From the NCBI GenBank assembly GCA_964619725.1, contig CAZUFC010000002.1:85773-149772 (forward strand): 64,000 nt of DNA, read 5' to 3'. This DNA comes from an uncultured bacterium (lineage in GTDB: Bacteria; CSSED10-310; CAZUFC01). Position 1 is the stretch's first letter, and each line of letters opens with the position of its first letter. This document shows positions 10,776-19,828 of the stretch, piece after piece. The notes beneath the pieces are model-generated. The model worked only from the letters and a program-made list of their open reading frames with translations. It made no database searches and was not told where the DNA came from. The translations under genes and the position numbers were made by a program.

Positions 10776-11876
10776 TCACCGATTCCATACCAGCTCCCTC
10801 AACCGGTAAAAAGGCCGCTTCAAACACTCCTGAAAAATCTTATACTCCCCTGATTCGCGTCCCCTCTGACGGGCCAGAACCGATAAATTCCCCTGGGGAG
10901 TATCGTTGACTTCAAGAAAATATACGTTCTGTTCCGGATCAATAATATAATCGATCCCCATCTCGATTATCCTCTCGTAATCTTTTCCCAGCGCTTCCTT
11001 AAAACTGCGGGCGATAAGCCGGTCCAGCTCCTCTATTCGAGCCCTGATTCTTCCCGCCTGCTCCCTCGTCGACCTTTCCTGCAGAAATTCACTCAAAGTC
11101 GTCACCGCTGCGCCCCGGGCAGCATTACAAACAGGATCACTTTCTGAAAAACGGACTATCGGCGAAATCGTTTTCCAGGTTCCATCGACTTCTCTCTGAA
11201 CAAGCGAGCGTACCGACATGCCGCCCCGGCCCGGATTCAATGACTTTATCGAGCGCTGAAGAAAAAATGATCCGCTTGAATCGCAACGAAGCAGCGTTTC
11301 CTTCAAACCCTCGCTTCTGATCTTTTCTAGTCCTCTTTCGGCAGTCACTGTATAAATGTTGCCGCTTTCATATATGAATTTTATTACCCCCTTGCCGCAA
11401 GCGCCGAATCGGGGTTTGAAAAATGCAGCTCCCCACTCTTTCAAAGCCGCATCAAATTCATCAACATCACTGACGATTTCGGGGATATTGATGCCGGTCC
11501 TTCGCATATGCCGGATCGTTGCCGGTTTATCCCGGCACAAGTTTATGAATTTCCACGGATTGGCCAGAACCTTCGATTTCCTCTGAAAAAGCGATTCCAA
11601 TTGCCGATATTCAGGCCGATGCCTCCATAACAATACATGGCGGTTTCGGCAAGCGGAGATCGGCCGTTCGCTCACTCTCTTCCAGCCGCCCGGGTTCGCC
11701 TGCAGGCCCGTCACGGTCAATTCGCCGCCCTCTATCCCATACCCCTCGAAATCATTGAATATCAAATGAATTCCTGACGGCTCCAGAGATAACGCCGCAG
11801 AACCCAGAACCGTCTCCTCCGGCAGCGGCGCCTTTCCCTCAATGTCCCTTAATAATACCAATACGGAAATGTTCAT
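10776..11876 (-). CDS. ATP-grasp ligase, YheC/YheD-like
   Basis: CRDK, FFKPRFGACGKGV, FFLQ, MGIDYIID...YFLEVND ATP-grasp motifs. Confidence 0.75.
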   Translation of the reverse strand: MNISVLVLLRDIEGKAPLPEETVLGSAALSLEPSGIHLIFNDFEGYGIEGGELTVTGLQANPGGWKRVSERPISACRNRHVLLWRHRPEYRQLESLFQRKSKVLANPWKFINLCRDKPATIRHMRRTGINIPEIVSDVDEFDAALKEWGAAFFKPRFGACGKGVIKFIYESGNIYTVTAERGLEKIRSEGLKETLLRCDSSGSFFLQRSIKSLNPGRGGMSVRSLVQREVDGTWKTISPIVRFSESDPVCNAARGAAVTTLSEFLQERSTREQAGRIRARIEELDRLIARSFKEALGKDYERIIEMGIDYIIDPEQNVYFLEVNDTPQGNLSVLARQRGRESGEYKIFQECLKRPFYRLRELVWNR

Positions 11877-11877
11877 T

Positions 11878-12762
11878 TCACTCGTTCGAATATGTCTCTC
11901 TTCGCTGCTCTATCGCCGCTCGAATATAAGCCTTCATCAAAAAATTTCTGTAATTGCCGTTCCCAGGCTTCAAATCCACCGCACGCTCCAAATGATCTAT
12001 CGCCTCCTGATGCCGCGCTTGAGCCAATGCCGCAATTCCAAGTAAAAACTGCAACTCCGCATCCGACTCCTCTTCCGGAAGATTCATGACAAATCCTCTC
12101 AACTCCTTCTCCAATAAGGCATCAGGAACCTCCGAAATTATAATGTTTTCCGCTGCATGCCATACATGCTGCATGACCACATATCGATCCATATCCTCTC
12201 TCTTTGAACTCTCATCTACAGGCTTCATGAACTCAAAAGCAAAATCCGAACGCGTTATCCGGGCTGCCCGGTCAAGCAGTATTCGCTCCGACCACATACT
12301 CATCACTATGAAAATTGCGGCGATTATAAATAATATTATGAACCAGGTCACGGGAACTCTTATCTGCTCAAAATTCTTCCTCCCCCCTCGCTTCTCAGCC
12401 GGATACGGTTTATAAGCCAGCGGGCTGTAACTTCGCGCCGAATCCATCAGCTTGTTCAATACAAAAAAATAATTCCTGCACCGAACACATCCCCTTATAT
12501 GTTCAGACTTCTGAAGAACTCCCGTTCTCTGTCGCCGCCAATATATTTTCAAAAGCTGCTCGTCGCTCGGACACTCACCCAATTTCGGCAGAAAATAGGA
12601 TAATTCCGAATTCCTTAAAAGTCCCCGCAACAGCTTTAATTCACTCAGTTTTAAACTGCATTCGCCGCATTCCGACAAATGCTCGACCAAATCAGGCCTC
12701 TTCTGATTCAATTCAGGATACTCTATCAGCTTGATTAAATCCTCGATGTCAGGATGAGTCAT
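11878..12762 (-). CDS. Putative anti-sigma factor with two zinc-binding (ZAS) motifs, one TM helix and a C-terminal TPR
   Basis: HLSECGEC and HIRGCVRC (HxxxCxxC twice), TM segment WFIILFIIAAIFIVM, TPR-like QFLLGIAAL...AIDHLERAVDLKP. Start moved to ATG 12762 (GGAG RBS), overlapping the upstream gene. Confidence 0.65.
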   Translation of the reverse strand: MTHPDIEDLIKLIEYPELNQKRPDLVEHLSECGECSLKLSELKLLRGLLRNSELSYFLPKLGECPSDEQLLKIYWRRQRTGVLQKSEHIRGCVRCRNYFFVLNKLMDSARSYSPLAYKPYPAEKRGGRKNFEQIRVPVTWFIILFIIAAIFIVMSMWSERILLDRAARITRSDFAFEFMKPVDESSKREDMDRYVVMQHVWHAAENIIISEVPDALLEKELRGFVMNLPEEESDAELQFLLGIAALAQARHQEAIDHLERAVDLKPGNGNYRNFLMKAYIRAAIEQRRETYSNE

Positions 12763-13411
12763 CTTCTCCGCCTTCTGATTCATCCTTCTCCTCCGCCGGC
12801 TGTTCCTGTTGCGTCCGCCCTGTTGATATTTCAAGTATTTCTTTAAACTTTTTGCGGCCCTCTTCCATTGACTTCTTTAAACGATCGAATGCCCTGAATT
12901 GCCCGTTCACCAGCAGGTTGATCGGCATCCCCACCTCTTCGCTCAACTGATTCAACGTCCTCCCGTAACCTAAGCGCAATAGCAGGATTTTTCCTTCCGG
13001 AATCTGATCCAGGGCGCTCAATATCCGTTCCCGGTAATGATATTCAATGCTCGGAGACTCATGAAGAAGAAAAGTCGAATTGTACTTGAATATCAGGGAG
13101 CATAAAAAAAGCTCCATGGGATGCTGGAAATGAAACTTCCTGATTTCAGGAAAAGGCCTGCGGGGATCATCCCCCTTTATTTTTTTTAAAATGTAAGCCG
13201 TAGCATTCAAACTCAACGCTTCATCGAATCCATGATATTCATTGACCAGATAAAATATATAGTCAGTCCAGTCTTTCTCAAAAGAACTCCAACCTGCCAT
13301 GCGCTCCGCTTCATCACTCGATTTTAACTGAGCAACGATCCTTTTCAGCTTCTTATATCGAAAATATCGTTTTATTCGACCGAGCAGACCAACAGACATT
13401 TGCACCCTCAT
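12749..13411 (-). CDS. Divergent ECF-type sigma-factor-like protein
   Basis: Region-4-like ILSALDQIPEGKILLLRLGYGRTLNQLSEEVGMP...RAFDRLKK, degenerate region-2-like N-half, and position directly upstream of a ZAS anti-sigma-like gene. Confidence 0.55.
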   Translation of the reverse strand: MRVQMSVGLLGRIKRYFRYKKLKRIVAQLKSSDEAERMAGWSSFEKDWTDYIFYLVNEYHGFDEALSLNATAYILKKIKGDDPRRPFPEIRKFHFQHPMELFLCSLIFKYNSTFLLHESPSIEYHYRERILSALDQIPEGKILLLRLGYGRTLNQLSEEVGMPINLLVNGQFRAFDRLKKSMEEGRKKFKEILEISTGRTQQEQPAEEKDESEGGEDDSS

Positions 13412-13460
13412 TGATCCTCTGCATTCCTGTTTGGACCGGGATAACCCATGGGCTTACATC

Positions 13461-13862
13461 TCATTTTTCCGGCCGCTCATCGACCTCTTTTTGCTTTTTT
13501 CTTTCTTTCTGCCAGCTTTCAAAGCGCTTTCGGGTCTCATAAAGTTCCTTAAAGGCGGTGACGGTTCTTTCGTAAGCCAACATGCATTTTTCTGCAGTTT
13601 CATTCATGGATGGATAAGATTTTTTTTCAACCAGAGCTTTAAGTTTTTCTTTTATTTCATCATATCTTTCGACAATCGCTGTGAATTCCTGATCGTCCGG
13701 CAATTCTGAAAGGATTTTTTCCCATTGATCCGGGAAGAGTATTCTCAAGGCCTGATCGCCTGTTTTTGGAATTCTGGCTTGCTGAACTCCCGCTTTAAAC
13801 GTTTTAAATACATCGTTTTTCTGATTATTATCATTGCCTTCGGGTTTATTATTTTTATTCAT
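13461..13862 (-). CDS. Hypothetical helical/coiled-coil protein
   Basis: 133-aa ORF with AGAGGGA RBS, co-oriented between dapB and the sigma-like gene; no recognisable motif. Confidence 0.6.
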   Translation of the reverse strand: MNKNNKPEGNDNNQKNDVFKTFKAGVQQARIPKTGDQALRILFPDQWEKILSELPDDQEFTAIVERYDEIKEKLKALVEKKSYPSMNETAEKCMLAYERTVTAFKELYETRKRFESWQKERKKQKEVDERPEK

Positions 13863-13965
13863 AATTTAGTTATCCCTCTGCGATTATGGTTCAAAGCGCA
13901 ACGTGCCGCCGGCATGGTCTGAAATCGGTTTCCTTGTATTCAGTCACGTCGGGTAAAAGTCTGCA

Positions 13966-14754
13966 TCAGGCAAGACCCAGTACATCCGCCATGGTATAGA
14001 GGCCCGGATTTTTACCGATAATCCATTCAGCAGCGGTCAATCCGCCTTGTGCGAAAACGTCCCTGTTTAAAGCCGAATGTTTCAAAATGATCTCCTCATG
14101 GGGAGAACAGAAATGAATCTCATGTCTGCCTGTAATCTTCCCTATTCTCAGGGAGTGAACAGTAATGTCATCCTCATATTTTTCGTAAGCGCCGGCGTTT
14201 CGTCCGACGGTTGTTTTTTGATGTTGTGCAGCGAGCAGTTCTGCGAATTTAAGGGCGGTTCCGCTTGGTACGTCTTTTTTGGCTTTATGATGAGTTTCCA
14301 CGATTTCGATATCGAAATTGTTTTTAAAAGCGGGTTTCATTTTTGGTAGGAAGTGGAAAATGAGATTAACTCCGGGACTCATATTGGGTGAGTAAAGTAT
14401 TGGTATTTGGGACTTATTTTTTTCCATCAGCCTGAAGTGTGTATCGTCGAGACCAGTGGTTCCGGAAACGACGGGAACATGCGCCTGCAGCGCGGTTTTT
14501 AATAGGAGCTCGAACGCGTCGGGGGAGCTGAAATCAAGAATGACGTCGATGTTATCGGGAAGGCTGCTGTGTGCCGGCATCATTTTAACGTTCATTTGCT
14601 GCAGGCCGTGGAACAAACCTAAATCTTCCGAGATGCCGTCGTGTGCTTCCCGTTCAAATGCCGCTTTGATGAGAAATCTGGAACCGTCAGAAACAAGCCG
14701 GGCTATTCTTTCGCCCATACGGCCGGCCGCGCCGAACAAAGCGAGTTTAATCAT
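13966..14754 (-). CDS. dapB: 4-hydroxy-tetrahydrodipicolinate reductase
   Basis: GAAGRMG, GTTG, SPNMSPG, ETHHKAKKDVPSGTA; downstream of dapA. Confidence 0.96.
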   Translation of the reverse strand: MIKLALFGAAGRMGERIARLVSDGSRFLIKAAFEREAHDGISEDLGLFHGLQQMNVKMMPAHSSLPDNIDVILDFSSPDAFELLLKTALQAHVPVVSGTTGLDDTHFRLMEKNKSQIPILYSPNMSPGVNLIFHFLPKMKPAFKNNFDIEIVETHHKAKKDVPSGTALKFAELLAAQHQKTTVGRNAGAYEKYEDDITVHSLRIGKITGRHEIHFCSPHEEIILKHSALNRDVFAQGGLTAAEWIIGKNPGLYTMADVLGLA

Positions 14755-14767
14755 AATATTTTACCTC

Positions 14768-15637
14768 TTATGGAATTAAACCGTAATTTTTCAATCCCTC
14801 CCAAATGGTCTGCTCAGAATTGCCGGAAACGGGAACCAGGGGCGCTCTCGGCTCGCCTTCAATCATCTGCATTAATTCCATGGCTTTTTTAACGGGTCCC
14901 GGATTAGTTTCGATGAACAGAAGTTGCATCAGGGGGAACAGTTTTTTGTGGAGAATGCGAGCCTGCTCGACTTCTCCTCTGAAGTAATTTTGAATCATAT
15001 CCGTTATATCGTCAGGGACAATGTTTGCGGCGACCGAAACCACCCCTTTTGCCCCGACGCTGACCATGGGAAGAGTCAAAGAATCATCGCCGGAAAGCAC
15101 GGTGATGTCGCATAAATTAAGAATTTCACTAACCCGGTCGACCGAGCCGCCTGCCTCCTTCAAAGTGGTGATATTGTCAATTCTGGAGAGCTCGGCCACT
15201 GTCTCCGGTGCAATAGAAACGCCGGTTCTGGAAGGCACGTTGTATAACATGACGGGAACGTCGACTTGCGCGGCAACCGTTTCGTAATGTTTGTAAAGAC
15301 CCCTTTGAGTAGGTTTATTGTAATAAGGGGTTATAAGCAGAATACCGTCTGCGCCGGCTTTGACCGCGGCCTTCGACAGCTTGATAGTCGTTTCCGTGGA
15401 ATTGGTTCCGGTTCCGGCTATGACCGGTTTACGGCCGCCCATTTCTTCAAGCGCGATCCGAAGCATCCTGTCCCTTTCGGCTTCTGACAGCGTGGCCGCC
15501 TCGCCCGTGCAACCGCAAGGCACGACTCCCGTCGTTTTTCTCTCTAAATGATATCGGACGATTCTCCTGACCGCATTCTCATCAACTTTTCCGTCTTTGA
15601 AAGGCGTCACCAGCGCCGGAAATACTCCTTGAAACAT
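14768..15637 (-). CDS. dapA: 4-hydroxy-tetrahydrodipicolinate synthase
   Basis: ALVTPF, GCTGE, TPYYNKP, LYNVPSRTG, KEA, LSGDD, ETNPGPVK. Confidence 0.97.
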   Translation of the reverse strand: MFQGVFPALVTPFKDGKVDENAVRRIVRYHLERKTTGVVPCGCTGEAATLSEAERDRMLRIALEEMGGRKPVIAGTGTNSTETTIKLSKAAVKAGADGILLITPYYNKPTQRGLYKHYETVAAQVDVPVMLYNVPSRTGVSIAPETVAELSRIDNITTLKEAGGSVDRVSEILNLCDITVLSGDDSLTLPMVSVGAKGVVSVAANIVPDDITDMIQNYFRGEVEQARILHKKLFPLMQLLFIETNPGPVKKAMELMQMIEGEPRAPLVPVSGNSEQTIWEGLKNYGLIP

Positions 15638-15985
15638 CTTATTCCTCCTTTAACATGCCGTCGTTTGATGCTCCAGCAAATTAAAAAAATGATACCATTT
15701 TTCAACGACGGCTTCAAGCAGGCTTTCCGTTTCGGGTCCGCGCCGTCTCAAAAGTTTCGATATAAGAAAATTCGGCAAAAATAAATAAGCCATGAAATGT
15801 AAAAACCTTCGGCGCCTGTTAACGAAGCTTTTTCAAAAGATAAGAAACGTACCGGCATTTCAGAGCCGAAGCAGGCGGACTTGTGCAAAGATTTTTTCCA
15901 TCCTCGTGAATATAGTTGATTCGGGTTGTTCAAATTCCGCTTTTCATGCTAAAATACGGTCCGGTCAAGTCCGGAGGAACAGCAG

Positions 15986-17491
15986 ATGGGGGTTAGCGGG
16001 CCTGGAAAAAGGAGAATAACGGCGGCTCTGATAATGACAGCGGGGGGGTTGCTTCGCTTGTATCACATCGGTTATCAGAGTTTATGGCTGGATGAAGCTC
16101 ATAAGACATTCAACGCCTTGAAATCGGCGCGTGAGATTCTGGCCCAAGGTATTCAGAACCTGGACTGCCCGTATCATTTCATGCTTCACTTCTGGATTAA
16201 AGCATTCGGACAAAGCGAAGCAGCCATCAGGATGTTTTCCTGCATTCCCGGAATTATTTTTCTGCTGCTCATTTATAAAGCCTCCGGCGACATGATTTCT
16301 CGAAAAGCTCAAATACCTTCGCTCGTTCTGGCGACCATCTCCCCCATTCACATTTTTTATTCTCAGGAAGCGGCCGTTTATTCTCTCGTGATACTGTGTT
16401 CTCTGGCTTCCGTGTGGCTTCTGCACAGGTCTTTAAGGAGCGATTCTACGATAACCTGGGCAGGTTTCGCGGCAACGACTGTTTTTCTGATTTATATCCT
16501 GGCTCACGGCATTTTCATATTTGCAGCCGAAATATTTTACGTTTTATTTCGGTTCAAAAGGTCGATCATGAGAGAAAAAAAATGCCTGATTGCTCTGGCA
16601 TCCGTTGCTCTCATCTCTTTGCCAAAAGCAGTCTTGCTGCTGATTCAGGTAAAAATCGACGCCAATCCCTGGATTCCCGACCTCGAATGGGATTTTCCAA
16701 TACGCACCTTCGCCTATTTTTCTCTGCTCGGCGTGAACATACCCCGGCTGATCACGGTTAAAACAGCCATGATATTAGGCTTCCCCTGTCTTGTGTTCAT
16801 GTTTTTCAAGGGATTGTTGCAGACTCAGGGAGCCGGCAGTCTTCTCAGATTCTATTTCCTGGCTCCCCTGGCATTGACGATAGCGACTTCTTTAAGGAAA
16901 GCCAATTACTGTCCGGGGAGATATGAGGTCGTTATCTTCCCCGCCCTTCTTCTAATTATTGCCGCCGGATATGCGGCTAGTCGAAACAAACTATTGAAAG
17001 CAATCGTCGGCTTATGCATCATCGTCGCCTCCGGCCTGGTGCTGCATACTTATTATTTTGCATACAATAAAAGCAATGACCGGGAATTAATGCAAATAAT
17101 CCGTAAAAACGTCTCACAGGACGACGTTCTGCTCTTCACCGATCTCACTATCGCTCAGTTCTATTATTATTCTGAGGAAAACGAATACCCTCACGCCATC
17201 AGTTTCCTGCCTTACTATCATCAGGGTTGGGTCAGCCGCCGTTCCCTGAATCCTGATGAGGAATATATTGAGATGCGACTGTCTGAATTCAAAGAGAAAG
17301 CGTATCCGCTGTTGACGGAAGAGAATGAATTATACGTTTTTGAAAGTCTGATGTACATAGACGAATTTCTGTTGAAAGAGCTGCGTAAAGATTTAGAATT
17401 TATAAGAGAAATTCCGCTGTCACCGGGAGACAACCCAAATCCGGTGATTGCCGTTCATGTGTTCAGGAAGCATGTTGAAACCAACGGCTGA
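15986..17491 (+). CDS. GT-C membrane glycosyltransferase (GT39/PMT/ArnT-like)
   Basis: LRLYHIGYQSLWLDEA, SPIHIFYSQEA..YSL, multiple TM helices. Confidence 0.82.
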   Translation: MGVSGPGKRRITAALIMTAGGLLRLYHIGYQSLWLDEAHKTFNALKSAREILAQGIQNLDCPYHFMLHFWIKAFGQSEAAIRMFSCIPGIIFLLLIYKASGDMISRKAQIPSLVLATISPIHIFYSQEAAVYSLVILCSLASVWLLHRSLRSDSTITWAGFAATTVFLIYILAHGIFIFAAEIFYVLFRFKRSIMREKKCLIALASVALISLPKAVLLLIQVKIDANPWIPDLEWDFPIRTFAYFSLLGVNIPRLITVKTAMILGFPCLVFMFFKGLLQTQGAGSLLRFYFLAPLALTIATSLRKANYCPGRYEVVIFPALLLIIAAGYAASRNKLLKAIVGLCIIVASGLVLHTYYFAYNKSNDRELMQIIRKNVSQDDVLLFTDLTIAQFYYYSEENEYPHAISFLPYYHQGWVSRRSLNPDEEYIEMRLSEFKEKAYPLLTEENELYVFESLMYIDEFLLKELRKDLEFIREIPLSPGDNPNPVIAVHVFRKHVETNG

Positions 17492-17499
17492 TTAAAGAG

Positions 17500-18201
17500 G
17501 TGAAAATGACAGACTTAACGGTAATTGTGCCCGCATATAATGAAGAAGAGCTTATTGCCGAGGCGATCGACGGGATTGAATCCGGCATTGATGTCCCCTT
17601 TAAACTTATCGTCGTCAATGACAGTTCAACGGACAAAACTCAGTCGATAGTCGAGGAAAAGATGAACGAATATTCGAACCTTACGTTGATAAACCGGAAG
17701 GGACGCCGGGGAGTAGGCCGTTGTTTGAACCGGGCTTTCGAGGAAGTTAACAGCGGCGTAGTAACCGTGGTGATGGCTGATCTGGCCGACGATATTCAGG
17801 ACATTGAGAAGATGATGACCGAGATTGAAAAGGGATATGACGTGGTGTGCGGTTCGCGTTACATGACCGGCGGGCACGGAAAGCACGACAACAGATTCAA
17901 GGGATTTCTGTCATGGCTGCTGGGAAAAACATTGCAGATAAGCATAGGATTACCGACGTGCGACGCGACGAATGCTTTTAAAATGTACAGGGCAAGCTTG
18001 ATTGATGACATTACGCCCCTGCGCTCGGATACCTTCACAACTGGATTGGAAATAACGGTCAGGGCTTTCAAAAGGGGTTACAAGGTTACTGAAATTCCCA
18101 CAGTTTGGAAAGACCGGACTTTCGGCAGTTCAAGCTTCAAGATACTTCGAGTGGCGCCCGAATATGTATTCTGGCTTTTGTGGGCGATATTCACGAAATA
18201 A
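17500..18201 (+). CDS. Glycosyltransferase family 2 (DPM-synthase-like)
   Basis: VPAYNEE, VNDSSTDKT, MADLADD, VCGSRY, DATNAFKMY, EIPTVWKDR. Confidence 0.9.
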   Translation: MKMTDLTVIVPAYNEEELIAEAIDGIESGIDVPFKLIVVNDSSTDKTQSIVEEKMNEYSNLTLINRKGRRGVGRCLNRAFEEVNSGVVTVVMADLADDIQDIEKMMTEIEKGYDVVCGSRYMTGGHGKHDNRFKGFLSWLLGKTLQISIGLPTCDATNAFKMYRASLIDDITPLRSDTFTTGLEITVRAFKRGYKVTEIPTVWKDRTFGSSSFKILRVAPEYVFWLLWAIFTK

Positions 18202-18222
18202 ATCCTTATCAGACCGAATAAA

Positions 18223-19716
18223 TCAAGGTTTCTCTTTTTGATTGTAAAGAATAACGGTAACTCCCTTGAACGGCCGTGAAACAGCCCTTTTCATATTTCG
18301 ATCAAGGCAGCTCTTTACTTCCGCAATTTCATCCTTGTAAAGCGCCGGCTCCCAGGCAGAATATAATAACCATACTCTCGGCGCTACTTCCGCCAATTGT
18401 TCATAATCTGCAGTGCATAAACCGTAATGCAAATCCATATCACTGGCTTCATATTCTACAACACAGGACATCTCGTCAGAATCTGAATAAACCTTGTATG
18501 GAAAAAACGTGTTCAGGCACGCATGAACGATCACATCACCGGAACGCCTGTTATTTTCAATAAATTCTACGGCTGCTTTAAACTCTTTTTTTTCATGCGC
18601 GCCATAGTGGTATGGATAATCATGATATGGCATGTCGTCAATAATGGTACGGATTATTAAAGGCACATGAATAGCGATGATTATCAACAGAGCCGCCTGC
18701 TTTACCTTTCTGAGTTTGATGGTTTTAAGTCCTGCTCCCACCAACAAAACAAAAAATGGTAAGCAAAAAAGAAAATACCTGCTTATATACATCGGGGTCA
18801 TGAATTGTCCGATTATCGCAGCCAGCAAGATCGGGATCAAGAGAAAGCAGGCGACGGACCATGCATGTTTTCTTTTTTTATGAAAAATCAGGGCCGTTAA
18901 AGCTAAAGAAAGATAAAGAAAAAGCAAAGGCATATAAAGGATTCGCGTACTATGATAACCGGCGGCGAAATCCTTGAAAATCATATAAGTCATAATAAAA
19001 GAAACCGGCGGCATCCAATTGTCGGCAAAGCTGATAGTTTCGGGCATATGTATACGAATTAATACCCACATTTGAGGAAGAAAAAGAACGAATGAAAGAA
19101 GCATGCTCAAAAATATCTGACGGAGGCCTTTACGTGTGGACAGGAAGGCAGTGAAAACATACAGCGCTTCCGCTGCAAGCAAATAAATGCCGAAATAATG
19201 CGTATACAGAACGAGAACATTAATTAAAGACAAATAAACCCAGTAACGTCCGCCGTACTTCAGCGCCCGAAAAAGAAGAAAAACAGAATAAAAAGCCCAG
19301 AATATCAACATGGAATATGGCTTCAGTTCAAGAGAATAATATATGTGCAGAGGGGAAACGGCCAAAAGAAAAGCAGCCGTCAGCCCTTCCTCTCGACCCA
19401 GTGCATCGCGGCCCAACTTGTACAGCATAGGAATCGTCGCTGTCCCGAAAAAAATCGGGAGCAATCTAAGAAATAGTTCAGGGATTCCATTAAAAAGCAA
19501 ATCCCAAAAATGAAGCAAAATAAAAAATAAAGGGGGATAACTGCACAATACGATTCCGTTCAGAATCTCTTTCATTGAGAAGCGAGAGATATACAAGCAG
19601 AAAGCTTCATCATACCACAAATCATACCATCCCGCCCATGAAACCCTTAAGACAAGCGCCAATATCGTGATGATCGCCGGATACGAATAATCTTTTTTCA
19701 TAAGTTCATTAAGCAA
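18223..19716 (-). CDS. GT-C membrane glycosyltransferase (GT39/PMT/ArnT-like)
   Basis: LWYDEA, YPPLFF, SPLHIYYSLELKPYS, LYTHYF; paralogous to 15986..17491. Confidence 0.85.
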   Translation of the reverse strand: MLNELMKKDYSYPAIITILALVLRVSWAGWYDLWYDEAFCLYISRFSMKEILNGIVLCSYPPLFFILLHFWDLLFNGIPELFLRLLPIFFGTATIPMLYKLGRDALGREEGLTAAFLLAVSPLHIYYSLELKPYSMLIFWAFYSVFLLFRALKYGGRYWVYLSLINVLVLYTHYFGIYLLAAEALYVFTAFLSTRKGLRQIFLSMLLSFVLFLPQMWVLIRIHMPETISFADNWMPPVSFIMTYMIFKDFAAGYHSTRILYMPLLFLYLSLALTALIFHKKRKHAWSVACFLLIPILLAAIIGQFMTPMYISRYFLFCLPFFVLLVGAGLKTIKLRKVKQAALLIIIAIHVPLIIRTIIDDMPYHDYPYHYGAHEKKEFKAAVEFIENNRRSGDVIVHACLNTFFPYKVYSDSDEMSCVVEYEASDMDLHYGLCTADYEQLAEVAPRVWLLYSAWEPALYKDEIAEVKSCLDRNMKRAVSRPFKGVTVILYNQKEKP

Positions 19717-19828
19717 ACCGACTTTATCAGTCTTACGTCCGAAAAAACATTCATAACTTTAAAAGAAGGTTATTCTTTTCTCCTTTTCACAGCGAAACAT
19801 TGCTGAAAAATAATATTGAAGGACGACT

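Noticed and set aside
2315-13862. Treating the sigma/anti-sigma/ATP-grasp genes and the MMPL operon as one transcriptional system
   Set aside because: A 136-bp gap containing a good sigma-70 promoter separates them, so they are reported separately.
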